Below are positions 12,421 through 23,338 of a stretch of 64,000 nucleotides of DNA, piece after piece; the first letter of the stretch is position 1; every line of letters starts with the position of its first letter. Made by a program: the position numbers and the translations under genes. Source of the DNA: Acidobacteriota bacterium (GTDB lineage: Bacteria > Acidobacteriota > Blastocatellia > RBC074). The stretch spans positions 26,261 through 90,260 of the forward strand of contig JAHBSF010000006.1 in the NCBI GenBank assembly GCA_019639255.1, in the 5' to 3' direction. The notes beneath the pieces are model-generated. The model had not been told where the DNA came from. It saw only the letters and a program-made list of their open reading frames with translations, and searched no databases.

Positions 12421-13197
12421 TCAGCGAGCGCCGGGACGATTGCGCTGGTATATCAGCCGCAGTCCTTCAAGAGTGAGGTGGTCGTCGATTTCCTCGATGT
12501 ACTCCGAGCCGCGTCCAATCAGTCGCGCCAGTCCACCCGTGGCGATCACGCGCGGGCGCCGGTCGAACTCCTCGATCATTCTTCTGAGAATGCCGTCGAC
12601 GAGGCCAATATAACCGTAATAGAGCCCGGACTGTACGCTGTTGATCGTGGTGCTGCCTATGATTTCTTCAGGACGGCGGATCTCTACACGCGACAACCTC
12701 GATGCCCGCTGAAACAGCGCCTCGGCCGAGATCACAAGGCCCGGCGTTATCACGCCGCCGATGTATTCGCGGTTTTCAGTCACCGCATCGAACGTGGTCG
12801 CCGTGCCGAAATCCACGATTATGCAGGGCGCGCCGTAGCGTTCTATGGCGGCGACGCTGTTGACTATGCGATCGGCTCCTACATCGCTCACCGGAGTATA
12901 GGCGATCGTCATTCCCGTGTCGCTCGTATGATCGACGAACATCGGATCGTGCCTGAGATATGTCTGTGAAACTTTTTCGAGCGTGTAGTTGAGCGGCGGC
13001 ACAACAGACGAAATGGCTACGGCGTCCACCTCGGCGAAATCGTGTCCGGCGAGGGTAAAGAGGTTGCGGAACTGGATGCCGTATTCGTCTATGGTGCGGT
13101 GGCGCTCGGTGGTCAGCCGCCAGTGAGAGACGAGGAGATCGGAGTCGTACACCCCGAGCACGGTATTTGTATTGCCGACGTCAATGACTAACAGCAT
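12421..13197 (-). CDS. coaX: type III pantothenate kinase
   Basis: MLLVIDVGNTNTVLGVYD at the N-terminus (internal Met13 of track ORF 12421..13233), and the GTATTFD and ATGG motifs of CoaX. Confidence 0.85.
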   Translation of the reverse strand: MLLVIDVGNTNTVLGVYDSDLLVSHWRLTTERHRTIDEYGIQFRNLFTLAGHDFAEVDAVAISSVVPPLNYTLEKVSQTYLRHDPMFVDHTSDTGMTIAYTPVSDVGADRIVNSVAAIERYGAPCIIVDFGTATTFDAVTENREYIGGVITPGLVISAEALFQRASRLSRVEIRRPEEIIGSTTINSVQSGLYYGYIGLVDGILRRMIEEFDRRPRVIATGGLARLIGRGSEYIEEIDDHLTLEGLRLIYQRNRPGAR

Positions 13198-13338
13198 AAG
13201 TATTGGTGTCCGATTCGCTGCCCTGTGATTCAACGTCTGAAATCATTCGGACCTGAGGCGAGATTCATCTTACTCCGCGTCACAAAGACTGTCCATTCAA
13301 GCGTCGGAATTTGCAGTTGTGCGCGGGCATTTTTCATT

Positions 13339-14085
13339 TCAATCCTCGTTTTCGCGCAACCGCACAACCTCGCCCGAAATCACTGTACGGATCTCGCCCG
13401 CCGGCGTACGCAACTGCAGGGCTCCCGATGCATCGAGTCCGCAGGTTTCGCCCGCCAAATCGCCGGAATCGGTCAGGATGCGCACGAGCTTGCCGGTCGC
13501 ATAGCTCGATAGTTCGCAGTAACGGGCAATGATCGCCCGTCCGCCGCAGTTGCGCCATACGTCGTACCAGCGCGCGAACCGATCTAGCAGCGCATCGCGA
13601 ATCGCATCCACCGGAGTTGAACGTTCAGTAATCAGTGCAAGCGAGGTCGCAGTATCGGCAAGATCATCCGGAAACGATCGCTGATTGATGTTCACCCCGA
13701 TTCCAACTATGAGTCGCAGCCCGGTTGCGCCCGCTGATGCGCCTTCGATAAGAACGCCGCTGATTTTCTTTCCGCAAGCGAGCACATCATTGGGCCATTT
13801 GATGTCGATGCCCGCAGCACCGAATTCCATCAGTGTTTCGGCGACTGTTATACCTGTAAGGAGGCTGATGAGCGGAACGGATTCAGGTTGAGCGGTAGGC
13901 CGAAGCAAAACCGACATATACAAACCGTCGCCCGGGGCCGAATGCCAGCTTCTATCGCGGCGCCCGCGTCCGGCGGTTTGATCGGCGGCCGTAATGACGG
14001 TGAACTCATCGGCATTGACCCAGGCCTTCAATTCGTCGTTGGTCGACTTGATCGTTTCAAAGTGGTGTATGACGAAGCGGTGCAT
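13339..14085 (-). CDS. birA: biotin--[acetyl-CoA-carboxylase] ligase (catalytic domain only, no HTH)
   Basis: TAADQTAGRGRRDRSWHSAPGDGLYMSVLLRP (the GRGRxGRxW biotin ligase motif). About 248 aa. Adjacent to coaX, a common pairing. Confidence 0.85.
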   Translation of the reverse strand: MHRFVIHHFETIKSTNDELKAWVNADEFTVITAADQTAGRGRRDRSWHSAPGDGLYMSVLLRPTAQPESVPLISLLTGITVAETLMEFGAAGIDIKWPNDVLACGKKISGVLIEGASAGATGLRLIVGIGVNINQRSFPDDLADTATSLALITERSTPVDAIRDALLDRFARWYDVWRNCGGRAIIARYCELSSYATGKLVRILTDSGDLAGETCGLDASGALQLRTPAGEIRTVISGEVVRLRENED

Positions 14086-14090
14086 AAAAT

Positions 14091-14447
14091 AGAGAATAAC
14101 GGAACGGAGGGAATAAATACTCTGTAAACAAAGTGTTTGAGTTTTTCAGCCGCGGAGCGGCGAAAGATCTGTAGCCCAGGGCGTAAGCCCTGGGTAGGTG
14201 TAGAGAAGCGGCGCCAGCCCCGGAGGGGCGGAAGATCTTTCGCCCCTCCGGGGCTCTGACGTTTTTCGCCTGCTGACCTGGCGCTCACGCACCAGGCTAC
14301 AGATCTTTCGCCGCTCCGCGGCTGAAAAACTCAAACACTTTGTTTACAGAGTAATAAACGGAACAAACGGAAAGCAATTCCCTGTTTTCTTTCCGTTTGT
14401 TCCGTTTATTCCGTCTGTTCCGTTATTCTCTCTTTTATGACGGGCGG
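14091..14447. repeat. family-A element A3, split by insertion of family-B element B1
   Basis: Left arm AGAGAATAACGGAACGGAGGGAATAAA (14091-14117) and the remainder ATAAACGGAACAAACGGAAAG...CTTTCCGTTTGTTCCGTTTATTCCGTCTGTTCCGTTATTCTCTC plus tail (14354-14447). ATAAA is duplicated on both sides of B1. The tail supplies the last codons and stop of nadC. Confidence 0.8.
14118..14353. mobile_element. family-B non-autonomous palindromic element B1 (~236 bp) nested in A3
   Basis: Termini TACTCTGTAAACAAAGTGTTTGAGTTTTTCAGCCGCGGAGCGGCGAAAGATCTGTAGCC... and their inverse ...GGCTACAGATCTTTCGCCGCTCCGCGGCTGAAAAACTCAAACACTTTGTTTACAGAGTA. The ~120-bp internal segment is inverted relative to copy B2. Flanked by ATAAA/ATAAA. 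Confidence 0.85.
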
Positions 14448-15301
14448 ATTTTAAAGCTGATGTCAACGGCCGGAGCGGAATGCGTAATGGCGCCTATCGA
14501 GATCAAATCGACGCCCGCTTCGGCGTATGCACGGACGTTTTCGAGCGTTATTCCGCCGGAGGATTCTATAAGGGTCCGCCGTTCTTCGGGTTCAGCCGCG
14601 CGTACTATTTCGACGGCCTGACGGGTCAGGTCCGGGCTCATGTTGTCGAGCATTACGATATCGACTTTCGCCCGAAGCGCCTCGCGCAACTGATCGAGCG
14701 TTGCTACTTCGACTTCGATCTTGTGAAGGTGGCCTACTACTTCGCGCACCCTCCGTACGGCTTCCGCAACGCCGCCCCCGAGCGCGAGATGATTGTCCTT
14801 GATCAGAACACCGTCATCGAGTCCCAGTCGGTGATTGCGTCCGCCTCCGGCGGTGACAGCGTACTTTTCAAGAAGGCGAAGGCCCGGCTTTGTCTTTCGC
14901 GTATCCACGATTACGGCTGAGGTGCCTGCGATCGCATCTACGTATTTTCGTGTTGCGGTTGCGATGCCTGAAAGGTGCTGTAGGAAATTCAGGGCGACGC
15001 GCTCCGATGCAAGCAGCGTCTGCGCGTCGCCCGTTACGCGAGCAAACGCTTTGCCGGCTTTTACCAAATCCCCGTCGCCGGCGGCGCTTTCGATCTGAAG
15101 GTGGTAGTCGAAGGCGCTGAAGGCGGCGTCAGCGACTTCGAGGCCGGCCAGCACCAGATCCTGCTTGGCCAGAAAACTCCCGCGTGCGCGTTGTCCGGGG
15201 CGGACTATTGCCCGAGATGTAATATCGCCGCGTCCTATGTCTTCGTCCAGCGCCGCGTTGACGGCTTCGAAAATCGTTTCGGGGTCGAGTGGAATGATCA
15301 T
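14435..15301 (-). CDS. nadC: nicotinate-nucleotide pyrophosphorylase (quinolinate phosphoribosyltransferase)
   Basis: 288 aa with typical NadC N-terminus (LDEDIGRGDITS) and the MLDNMSP / GGI motifs. The C-terminal codons and stop lie in the A3 tail. Confidence 0.9.
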   Translation of the reverse strand: MIIPLDPETIFEAVNAALDEDIGRGDITSRAIVRPGQRARGSFLAKQDLVLAGLEVADAAFSAFDYHLQIESAAGDGDLVKAGKAFARVTGDAQTLLASERVALNFLQHLSGIATATRKYVDAIAGTSAVIVDTRKTKPGLRLLEKYAVTAGGGRNHRLGLDDGVLIKDNHLALGGGVAEAVRRVREVVGHLHKIEVEVATLDQLREALRAKVDIVMLDNMSPDLTRQAVEIVRAAEPEERRTLIESSGGITLENVRAYAEAGVDLISIGAITHSAPAVDISFKIRPS

Positions 15302-15327
15302 CTACGGTCGGTACCTTCCCTGTGCTT

Positions 15328-18102
15328 TTACGCCGATTCCAGAGATTCGATCATGGCCTTCAGCCTGGTAATCTGGTCCCTGCGCTCGGTTGCCCTCGCT
15401 CGCGAATCGGCGACTACGTCGGGCGCGGCGCGTTCGACGAATTGGGGATTCGAAAGTTTCTGCTCAAGGCCCTTCAGTTCGGCTTCGAGTTTGCCGATTT
15501 CTTTTTCAAGTCTTGCGCGCTCCTTGTCGAAATCAATCAAACCCTCGAGCGGAACCTCAATTTCGGCTGCACCCACAACCGCGCGTGCGGCGCCGCGTTC
15601 GTGCGACAATTTGTCGACGATTTCTATTCGATCAAGCCGCGCAAGCCTTCTGATCTGTTCATCCATTGAGGCGATAACATCTTGTATATCGCCCTCTACC
15701 GCTACGCGCACGGCAAGCGGCGTAGATGGCGGGATGTTGAATTCAGATCTTATATTCCGAAGTTTTGTAACGAGTTCGATTACGAAGCCCGTTTCTCGTT
15801 CCGCGCGTCCATCAAGTTGTGCCGCGTTCGCTTCCGGGTATCGCGCAAGGCAGATGGTTTCTCCGCGATGAGGCAGGCTTTGCCAAAGCTCCTCGGTAAT
15901 GAACGGCATTATGGGATGGAGCAGGCGGAGGCTGCGCTCCAGCATATAAATCAGGCGCCTTTTCACCGCGCGATCGGCCGGCGTAGGATCTTTCGATGAG
16001 ACGAAGGGTTTTGACAGTTCGATGTACCAGTCGCAGAAATCATCCCAGAAGAAATGGTAAATCAAACCTGCTGCTTCGTGCAGACGGAATTCGGCGAGCG
16101 CGTCCGATACTTCGAGCGCAACGCGGTTGAAGCGACTCAGTATCCAGCGGTCGGCGGGTTCGGGCGGCGCGAGTTCCGTTTCCCAATCGAGCGGTCCGTC
16201 GGCATTCATTTCCGAAGCGCAGTTGAGTTGCACGAATCGCGTAGCATTCCAGATCTTGTTGGCGAAATTGCGCGCGGCTTCGAGTTTGGATTCCTGAAGC
16301 GATATCGGCATGCCCGGCGAGGCTGCGCTGCTGAGGGCGTAGCGTGCGGCGTCGGTGCCGTATTTTTCGAATACCTGAAGCGGATCTATCACATTGCCGC
16401 GCGTTTTGGACATCTTCTGCCCTTCGGGATCGAGCACCAACCCGTTGATGTAAACCGTGCGGAAGGGCACATCGCCCATAAACTTCAGACCCATCATCAT
16501 CATCCGCGCTACCCAGAAGAAGATGATGTCCGGCCCCGTAATCATCACCGATGTCGGGTAATAAGTCTTCAGGTCTTCGGTCTGCTCGGGCCAGCCCAGA
16601 GTCGAAAACGGCCACAGGCCCGAAGAAAACCAGGTGTCGAGCACGTCTTCGTCCTGTCGTAGATCAGCCGCAGGATCTCCGCCTGCTTCAATAAAACGTT
16701 TGCGCGCCTCGCTATCGTTGCGAGCAACTACAATCGTTCCGTCCGGCGCGTACCACGCCGGGATTCGATGTCCCCACCACAGTTGCCGCGAGATGCACCA
16801 GTCCTCGATGTTCTCGAGCCAGTTGAAATAAACCTTGGTCGTGTTTTCCGGGATAAACCGGGTTCTGCCGTCGCGCACCGCTTCCACTGCCGGTTCCGCC
16901 AGCGTTTTCATTCTCATAAACCACTGCGTGGATATGAGCGGTTCGACCACCACGCCGCTGCGCTGACAATGCCCGACGTTGTGAGTGTAATCCTCGAAGC
17001 TCAGCAGCAATCCCAGCGCGTCCAGATCCGCTACAACCTGTTTTCGCGCTTCGTACCTGTCGAGTCCACGGTACTTTTCCGGCGCGGCATCTGTAATTCG
17101 CGCGTCCTTGCCTATGACCGATATGAACTCAAGCCCGTGCCTGCGGCCCATCTGAAAATCGTTCGGATCGTGCGCGGGAGTAACCTTTACAAGGCCGGTG
17201 CCGAATTCCTTTTCAACCACCGCGTCGCCTATCAGTTCCAGCCTTCGACCTACGAGCGGAAGCCGGGCGCTGCGGCCCGCAAGCGAAGCGTAACGTTCAT
17301 CATCGGGATTAAAGGCTACGGCCGTATCGCCGAGCATGGTTTCGGGCCGGGTAGTAGCAACTACGACGAAATCGCCGTCGGGAGTATGAAGCAGACCGGT
17401 CTTTGCATCGCCCTGGTTTACAGCGGCGAAGGCTTCAGCAAGGCTTTCTACGTGTTGAGGCGGGGACGTGGAGTCGTCGTCGAGCGGGTACGCAATGTGA
17501 TACAGCTTGCCCTTGACCGATTTCATTTCGACTTCCAGATCGGAAATGGCGGTCTGGAGTCCGGGTGACCAGTTGATCAGGTATTCGCCGCGGTAGATCA
17601 GTCCCTCGTTGTAAAGACGTACAAACACTTCGCCTACTGCTGAAGAAAGTCCCTCGTCGAAAGTAAAGCGCTCGCGCTGCCAGTCTACGGATTCGCCGAG
17701 TACGCGCATCTGTTTCTGGATCGTGCCGCCCGAATGCTCTCTCCATTCCCATACGCGTTTGACGAAAGCCTCACGGCCTAGATCCTGACGGCGTATGCCT
17801 TCCCTGGCCAGTTGTCGTTCGACTACCATTTGGGTCGCAATGCCTGCGTGATCCGTACCCGGAAGCCACAGTACGCGGTCGCCCGACATGCGACGCCACC
17901 GCGCCAGCACGTCCTGCAAAGTGTGGTTGAGGGCATGTCCCATGTGCAGGTAGCCGGTTACGTTCGGCGGCGGAATGGCCATTGAAAACACCGGTGCATC
18001 GGGATCGGTATTGGATTCGGGACGGAAATAACCCCGCTCCTCCCAGATCGGATACCACCGTTGTTCGACTTCTTTCGGTTCGTATGTTTTCGGAATCTCC
18101 AT
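15328..18102 (-). CDS. valS: valine--tRNA ligase
   Basis: 924 aa with [21 protein letters not shown] (HIGH), KMSKTRGN (KMSKS), and a C-terminal coiled coil. Confidence 0.95.
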   Translation of the reverse strand: MEIPKTYEPKEVEQRWYPIWEERGYFRPESNTDPDAPVFSMAIPPPNVTGYLHMGHALNHTLQDVLARWRRMSGDRVLWLPGTDHAGIATQMVVERQLAREGIRRQDLGREAFVKRVWEWREHSGGTIQKQMRVLGESVDWQRERFTFDEGLSSAVGEVFVRLYNEGLIYRGEYLINWSPGLQTAISDLEVEMKSVKGKLYHIAYPLDDDSTSPPQHVESLAEAFAAVNQGDAKTGLLHTPDGDFVVVATTRPETMLGDTAVAFNPDDERYASLAGRSARLPLVGRRLELIGDAVVEKEFGTGLVKVTPAHDPNDFQMGRRHGLEFISVIGKDARITDAAPEKYRGLDRYEARKQVVADLDALGLLLSFEDYTHNVGHCQRSGVVVEPLISTQWFMRMKTLAEPAVEAVRDGRTRFIPENTTKVYFNWLENIEDWCISRQLWWGHRIPAWYAPDGTIVVARNDSEARKRFIEAGGDPAADLRQDEDVLDTWFSSGLWPFSTLGWPEQTEDLKTYYPTSVMITGPDIIFFWVARMMMMGLKFMGDVPFRTVYINGLVLDPEGQKMSKTRGNVIDPLQVFEKYGTDAARYALSSAASPGMPISLQESKLEAARNFANKIWNATRFVQLNCASEMNADGPLDWETELAPPEPADRWILSRFNRVALEVSDALAEFRLHEAAGLIYHFFWDDFCDWYIELSKPFVSSKDPTPADRAVKRRLIYMLERSLRLLHPIMPFITEELWQSLPHRGETICLARYPEANAAQLDGRAERETGFVIELVTKLRNIRSEFNIPPSTPLAVRVAVEGDIQDVIASMDEQIRRLARLDRIEIVDKLSHERGAARAVVGAAEIEVPLEGLIDFDKERARLEKEIGKLEAELKGLEQKLSNPQFVERAAPDVVADSRARATERRDQITRLKAMIESLESA

Positions 18103-18197
18103 GACGGATCAAGTATGACGAATCCAGATGTTCTGCCTTCCTGTACGACTGCGCATTGCGTCGAAATTATGGGCAAACGCCAATGATGGTTATTCCG

Positions 18198-18875
18198 TCA
18201 GGCTTCGTCAATATCGCGAGCGGGGTTTGCGTCTGAGTCGCAGGATTTTTCGGCGATGCGTTCAAGGACAATTCTCATCGTTTCGGGGATGGCTGCCGAT
18301 ACGACATCGCGGCGCAGGCGCTCCTCCAGTATTGCGGCCACGCGTTCGGCAAGAGTCTGGATCTGGGCGTCGGTGAGCGGTATGCCGCTGGAAGGCGGCG
18401 CACCTGAACTCATAGGCGGGGCAAAAAGCATTTCGTCGAGTTCGAGTATATCGTCCGTATCAGGTGCGCCCGGTTGTGTTAGCTCTACGGCAGGGCCCGA
18501 TGGGAGCAGTTTGCCTTCAATGAGGTTTTTGAAGGTATCAAGGAGGGCTCCGATGGACTGAAAAGGTTTTGTGAGAGTGCCATCGGCGCCGGCAGCCCGG
18601 GCGCGTTCGGCATCGACGGGTTGCTGTACGGATGCGATGAGAAGAACCGGGATGGCGCCGTCTGCGGATTTGATCTCGTTGCAGAACGAATAGCCGTCGC
18701 CGTCCGTCAGCGAAGCATCGACCAGAATCAGATCGGGTTTTCCGGCTTTCAGGATTTCTCGCGCTGAGGCCAGATTGGCCGCTACCTCTACCTCGATACC
18801 CTCATCCGCAACCGCCAGCCTGATCAACTGGCTAACGGTTGCGCTGTCATCCACAAGCAGTATCTGATGCGGCAT
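18198..18875 (-). CDS. response regulator, receiver domain with uncharacterised C-terminal region (no recognisable DNA-binding output)
   Basis: MPHQILLVDDS...DLILVDASL...GTLTKPF (receiver Asp and Lys positions). About 110 aa of C-terminal Pro/Ala-rich sequence. Start is internal Met9 of the track ORF. Confidence 0.7.
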   Translation of the reverse strand: MPHQILLVDDSATVSQLIRLAVADEGIEVEVAANLASAREILKAGKPDLILVDASLTDGDGYSFCNEIKSADGAIPVLLIASVQQPVDAERARAAGADGTLTKPFQSIGALLDTFKNLIEGKLLPSGPAVELTQPGAPDTDDILELDEMLFAPPMSSGAPPSSGIPLTDAQIQTLAERVAAILEERLRRDVVSAAIPETMRIVLERIAEKSCDSDANPARDIDEA

Positions 18876-18955
18876 CGTCAGACTCCAACGGCCCTGCAAT
18901 TTTTATCAGTCCATAGCAGACCATAACAGACTGGTACACACAACGAGGTCCGCAA

Positions 18956-19025
18956 CTGGGTACGCACGCGCCCTCGCGTGCGTTCGGCGGCGAATGAAAG
19001 CACGCGAGGGCGCGTGCGTACCCAG
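18956..19025. repeat. family-C GC-rich hairpin repeat, copy C1
   Basis: CTGGGTACGCACGCGCCCTCGCGTGCGTTCGGCGGCGAATGAAAGCACGCGAGGGCGCGTGCGTACCCAG. About 24-bp GC stem with an 18-nt loop and no U-tract. Near-identical copy at 51465-51534 with related extended flanks. Confidence 0.85.
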
Positions 19026-19045
19026 GAATGTGTCCCAATGTTTCG

Positions 19046-19148
19046 TGGTCTGATTTAGATAACGGAACAAACGGAACAGGACGAAACATACGAATAGAAG
19101 TTCTCAATTCGTTTGTTCCGCCCTGTTCGGTTTGTTCCGTTGTCGATT
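19046..19148. repeat. family-A element A4
   Basis: TGATTTAGATAACGGAACAAACGGAACAGGACGAAACATACGAATAGAAGTTCTCAATTCGTTTGTTCCGCCCTGTTCGGTTTGTTCCGTTGTC. Sits directly beside C1. Confidence 0.8.
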
Positions 19149-19180
19149 CTTATAGTTTTACGGTCGATAAGGCTATGGTT

Positions 19181-20329
19181 TCACCGCAGGATTCCGCCCA
19201 GAAACCCTTTTTTCTTCTTCTTGTTGTTCTTTTTTTCGTCCTTCTTCTCGTCTTTCTTCACTTCGCCGGTGCTTTCGGTTTTGGCTGCAGGCGCCGAACC
19301 GTTCGTCCCGGTTTCGCCGGCGTCCTGGGGCGTATTGGGATTGACTACGCGGGCGCGCACGGCGCTTGCGGGGCCGGCTGCGTCCTCGGGCCTTTGGCGT
19401 GTCTGCACGGCCTCCTCTTTTTCGTCGCCGTCCGATGAAATCAGCACGCCGTCTTTGGATATGGTCAGATCATTGCGACCCAGAATGAGTCCGACTCTGC
19501 CCATCATGCCGGGACGTTCGGGCGCAGCATCGTTGTTTACCGGTTCCGGAATCGGCTTGCCCAGCTTTTCAAGATATTCCTTGGCTTTGGGCGTAAACTC
19601 GCTGTTGGGGATGTTGCGCACGAGATCGGAGAATGCGGTTGCGGCTTCTTCGGGTTGTTCCTGCTCGATTCGCGAAACACCGAGCAGATACAGCGCCTCG
19701 TCGCGATAGGTGAAATACGGATAATTCTTGACGATATCGGTCAGCCGGCCTTCGGCTGATTTGTAGGCCTGCCTGTTGTTGAAATAGAAGCGGGCGATAT
19801 CGAGTTCGTGGAGTCCGAGCACCTGTTGAACCTGTTTGAGATTTTCTGCCACCTCGTCCTGAATCGGCGAGTTGCGGCAGGTCTGCAGCGTGGCCTGGAG
19901 CTGAAATTCCGCCTGACGCGCCTTGGATGCGTCGCGGTTGAAGGCGTTCATCTGGCGCATGTAGGCGTGCGCGATTTTCAGCTTGACCTGGCAGTTGAGC
20001 GGATGCGTGGGGAAGTATTGTGCGAAGTCCTTGTATCCGCCGATGGCCTGTTCAAGAGCCGTCGAGCCGCCCTCGCGATAAAACGAATCGGCGATTGCAA
20101 GCTTGGCAAGCGGCAGGTATTCGCTGTCCGGATAGCTCGATATGACTACATTGAGCATCAATCGCGATTCGTCGTATCGGCCTTTACGAAGCTTGGTCAT
20201 CGCTTCTTCATAAAGTTCCTTGTCGCGGCCCGGAACGGCCTCATTGGCGACCTTGTCCTTGGCTCCGCCGCATGCCGCGCTCAGTATTGCCAGTCCGAGC
20301 AGACAGATTCCGAGAGATCTCCAGTGCAT
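19181..20329 (-). CDS. bamD: outer-membrane protein assembly factor BamD-like TPR lipoprotein with long Lys/Glu-rich low-complexity C-terminal extension
   Basis: Signal peptide plus lipobox (LAILSAAC), and TPR-like repeats resembling YfiO/BamD. About 130 aa of low-complexity tail ending ...[27 protein letters not shown], encoded by a polypyrimidine tract on the plus strand (19181-19300). Confidence 0.7.
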   Translation of the reverse strand: MHWRSLGICLLGLAILSAACGGAKDKVANEAVPGRDKELYEEAMTKLRKGRYDESRLMLNVVISSYPDSEYLPLAKLAIADSFYREGGSTALEQAIGGYKDFAQYFPTHPLNCQVKLKIAHAYMRQMNAFNRDASKARQAEFQLQATLQTCRNSPIQDEVAENLKQVQQVLGLHELDIARFYFNNRQAYKSAEGRLTDIVKNYPYFTYRDEALYLLGVSRIEQEQPEEAATAFSDLVRNIPNSEFTPKAKEYLEKLGKPIPEPVNNDAAPERPGMMGRVGLILGRNDLTISKDGVLISSDGDEKEEAVQTRQRPEDAAGPASAVRARVVNPNTPQDAGETGTNGSAPAAKTESTGEVKKDEKKDEKKNNKKKKKGFLGGILR

Positions 20330-20349
20330 AGAAAAAAACTCCTATCCGT

Positions 20350-21018
20350 TCATACGTGCGCCGCGGCATTGGCCGCTTGCCCAAGCGCGCGAACAGCCTC
20401 GGCCGGGTCAGGGGCTCCGAACACGGCGGAACCCGCGACCAGAATTTCGGCTCCGGCCGCGACTACGTCAGCAACGTTGTCGGGGCCGATCCCGCCGTCG
20501 ATTTCGATGCGCGCCGCTGATGTTTTGGAGCGTATCAGCGCGCGCAGGCGTTTGAGTTTGTCAAGCGAGGCGGGAATGAATTTTTGCCCGCCGAATCCGG
20601 GATTAACCGACATCAGCAGGACGTGATGAACATCTGCGACTACCTCTTCAACGGCCGAAAGCGGCGTCGCCGGATTGAGCACCACGCCCGGGCGGCAACC
20701 GGCATGTTTGATGTAGCTGATCGTTCGATGCAAATGGCGGGTTGCTTCCGGGTGCACTGAAATCCAGTCGGCGCCGGCTTTTGCGAAATCGCCGATATAC
20801 CGGTCGGGCTCCTCTATCATCAGATGTACATCGATCGGGAGCCTCGTAGCGCTGCGAATCCACTGCACGATAAAGGGGCCGATGGTTATGTTGGGTACGA
20901 AGTGCCCATCCATTACGTCGACGTGGATTACCGAGGCTCCGGCCGTTTCGACCACCTTCAGCTGCTCGCCGAGGCGGGTGAAATCCGCCGATAATACCGA
21001 AGGAGCGATTTCAACCAT
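20350..21018 (-). CDS. rpe: ribulose-phosphate 3-epimerase
   Basis: SVLSADF...[12 protein letters not shown]...[12 protein letters not shown]...DGGI, the canonical Rpe motifs. Confidence 0.9.
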   Translation of the reverse strand: MVEIAPSVLSADFTRLGEQLKVVETAGASVIHVDVMDGHFVPNITIGPFIVQWIRSATRLPIDVHLMIEEPDRYIGDFAKAGADWISVHPEATRHLHRTISYIKHAGCRPGVVLNPATPLSAVEEVVADVHHVLLMSVNPGFGGQKFIPASLDKLKRLRALIRSKTSAARIEIDGGIGPDNVADVVAAGAEILVAGSAVFGAPDPAEAVRALGQAANAAAHV

Positions 21019-21042
21019 GTGTTCCTGCCCTAGGGCGCCGGT

Positions 21043-21390
21043 TCACTGCGCCCTCGCCTCGGAAGCCGCGGGTGAGGCTCCGAGACTCAAGCTGACACGT
21101 ACGAGCTGGCCTGTCTTGACCATCGTACCGGGCGGGGGTTCCTGATCAGTGACGGCATTTTCAGGGATCTTGTCGTGGTGAACGCGGTTACGGGTCATCA
21201 TTCTTAACCCTGCATCATCGAGCAGGCTACTTGCCGTCGCCTCCGGCTTTCCTACCAGATCCGGCACCCGTACGGTTCGCCCGCGCAGTACGAAATACAT
21301 AACAGACGCGGCGCTCCCCGAAAATACAAGCGCGAGGATTCCGATTGTAAATATCCGGCGGACTATGATCGAGAATCTGCTCGATGACAA
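21043..21390 (-). CDS. PASTA domain-containing membrane protein
   Basis: N-terminal TM helix then a single PASTA-like domain (VRVPDLVGKPEATASSLLDDAGL...GTMVKTGQLVRVSL). Confidence 0.6.
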   Translation of the reverse strand: MSSSRFSIIVRRIFTIGILALVFSGSAASVMYFVLRGRTVRVPDLVGKPEATASSLLDDAGLRMMTRNRVHHDKIPENAVTDQEPPPGTMVKTGQLVRVSLSLGASPAASEARAQ

Positions 21391-21476
21391 ATGCGTCGAC
21401 CTCCAACGCTCCCCGAAGCCGGGAGTTTAGCACCATCCCGCCCCGGCTTTCAACGGCACTCCAATTGCCTCATTTA

Positions 21477-21573
21477 ATTGACGGTCAACGGAACATACGA
21501 AACAAAACGGAAATTACCGAAATGTTGAATATTTCCGGCTACTTCCATAATTTCCGTCTATTTTCGTTTGTTC
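21477..21573. repeat. family-A element A5
   Basis: ...GGTCAACGGAACATACGAAACAAAACGGAAATTACCGAAATGTTGAATATTTCCGGCTACTTCCATAATTTCCGTCTATTTTCGTTTGTTCCGTCATCTCT. Contains the conserved centre TTGAATATTTCCG. Confidence 0.8.
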
Positions 21574-21613
21574 CGTCATCTCTTTAAAACCATCTTCAAT
21601 TCGCCGCTTCGCG

Positions 21614-22099
21614 TTATTCCGCCTCGTCGTGAATGGTCGAGAGCCGTACAACCTCGAAAGTTCGCGCTCCGGCCGGCGTTTGCACCCTGACTTCATCGCC
21701 TTCCTGTTTGTTGAGCAGGCTGCGTCCGATCGGCGACGAGGTCGAGATGAGGCCCTGCTCGATGTCCGATTCTTCGGGGGTTACGAGCCGGTAGGTGATT
21801 TCGCTGTCGCGGTCCACGTCTCGCAGGACCACCGTAGATCCGTAACTTGCGCGGTCGCGCGGCAATCTGCTGGTGTCTATGCTCGAAAGCTTTGCCACCT
21901 GCACCTGCAACTGGCGGACTCGCGCGCGCACGTAATCCTGGCGTTCGCGGGCCGATTTGTATTCCGCATTCTCCGACAGATCGCCGAGCGCGGCAGCCGT
22001 GCGAAGAGCGCGCGGCAGCTCTATGTTGAGTTCGTATTCGAGCGCTTTCAGTTCGCCCAGAATTTTCTCTTTGCCCGTAAGTTCTTTCTGCTCGCCCAC
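21614..22099 (-). CDS. greA: transcription elongation factor GreA
   Basis: The C-terminal 160 aa of track ORF 21614..22276 match GreA ([17 protein letters not shown]...VRLSTIHDE). Likely GTG start at 22099, preceded by GAGGA; the upstream part of the ORF has no homology. Confidence 0.8.
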   Translation of the reverse strand: MGEQKELTGKEKILGELKALEYELNIELPRALRTAAALGDLSENAEYKSARERQDYVRARVRQLQVQVAKLSSIDTSRLPRDRASYGSTVVLRDVDRDSEITYRLVTPEESDIEQGLISTSSPIGRSLLNKQEGDEVRVQTPAGARTFEVVRLSTIHDEAE

Positions 22100-22317
22100 A
22101 GTCGTAAATCCTCTGATCCGTCGTACGGACGACGAATCAAAACCGATGAATCGACATCCGTCGCTGCACGCCGCACGGTTCAAACAAAAAAACGAGACTG
22201 CCGCAAACTCGATGCCCACTGGGCGCGAGGCTGCGGCAGCCGTAAACACGCTAGCACAGTTCGCCGTGCTGTTCAATTCGTCGCGAGCAGCACGTCAAAC
22301 CGAAGCCGGCCGTGCTT

Positions 22318-23247
<930 letters not shown>

Positions 23248-23338
23248 TTACTCCTCCAAATAGTGAAGAAAATACGGAACACGTGCAGCGTTACTGCCCG
23301 CCCGACAAAATGGAGCAGCCCGCCTGTTGCGCATTCTC

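Noticed and set aside
18956-19025. Family-C hairpins as Rho-independent terminators.
   Set aside because: Strong GC stem but no downstream U-tract on either strand. The near-identical second copy with shared flanks argues for a repeat element instead.
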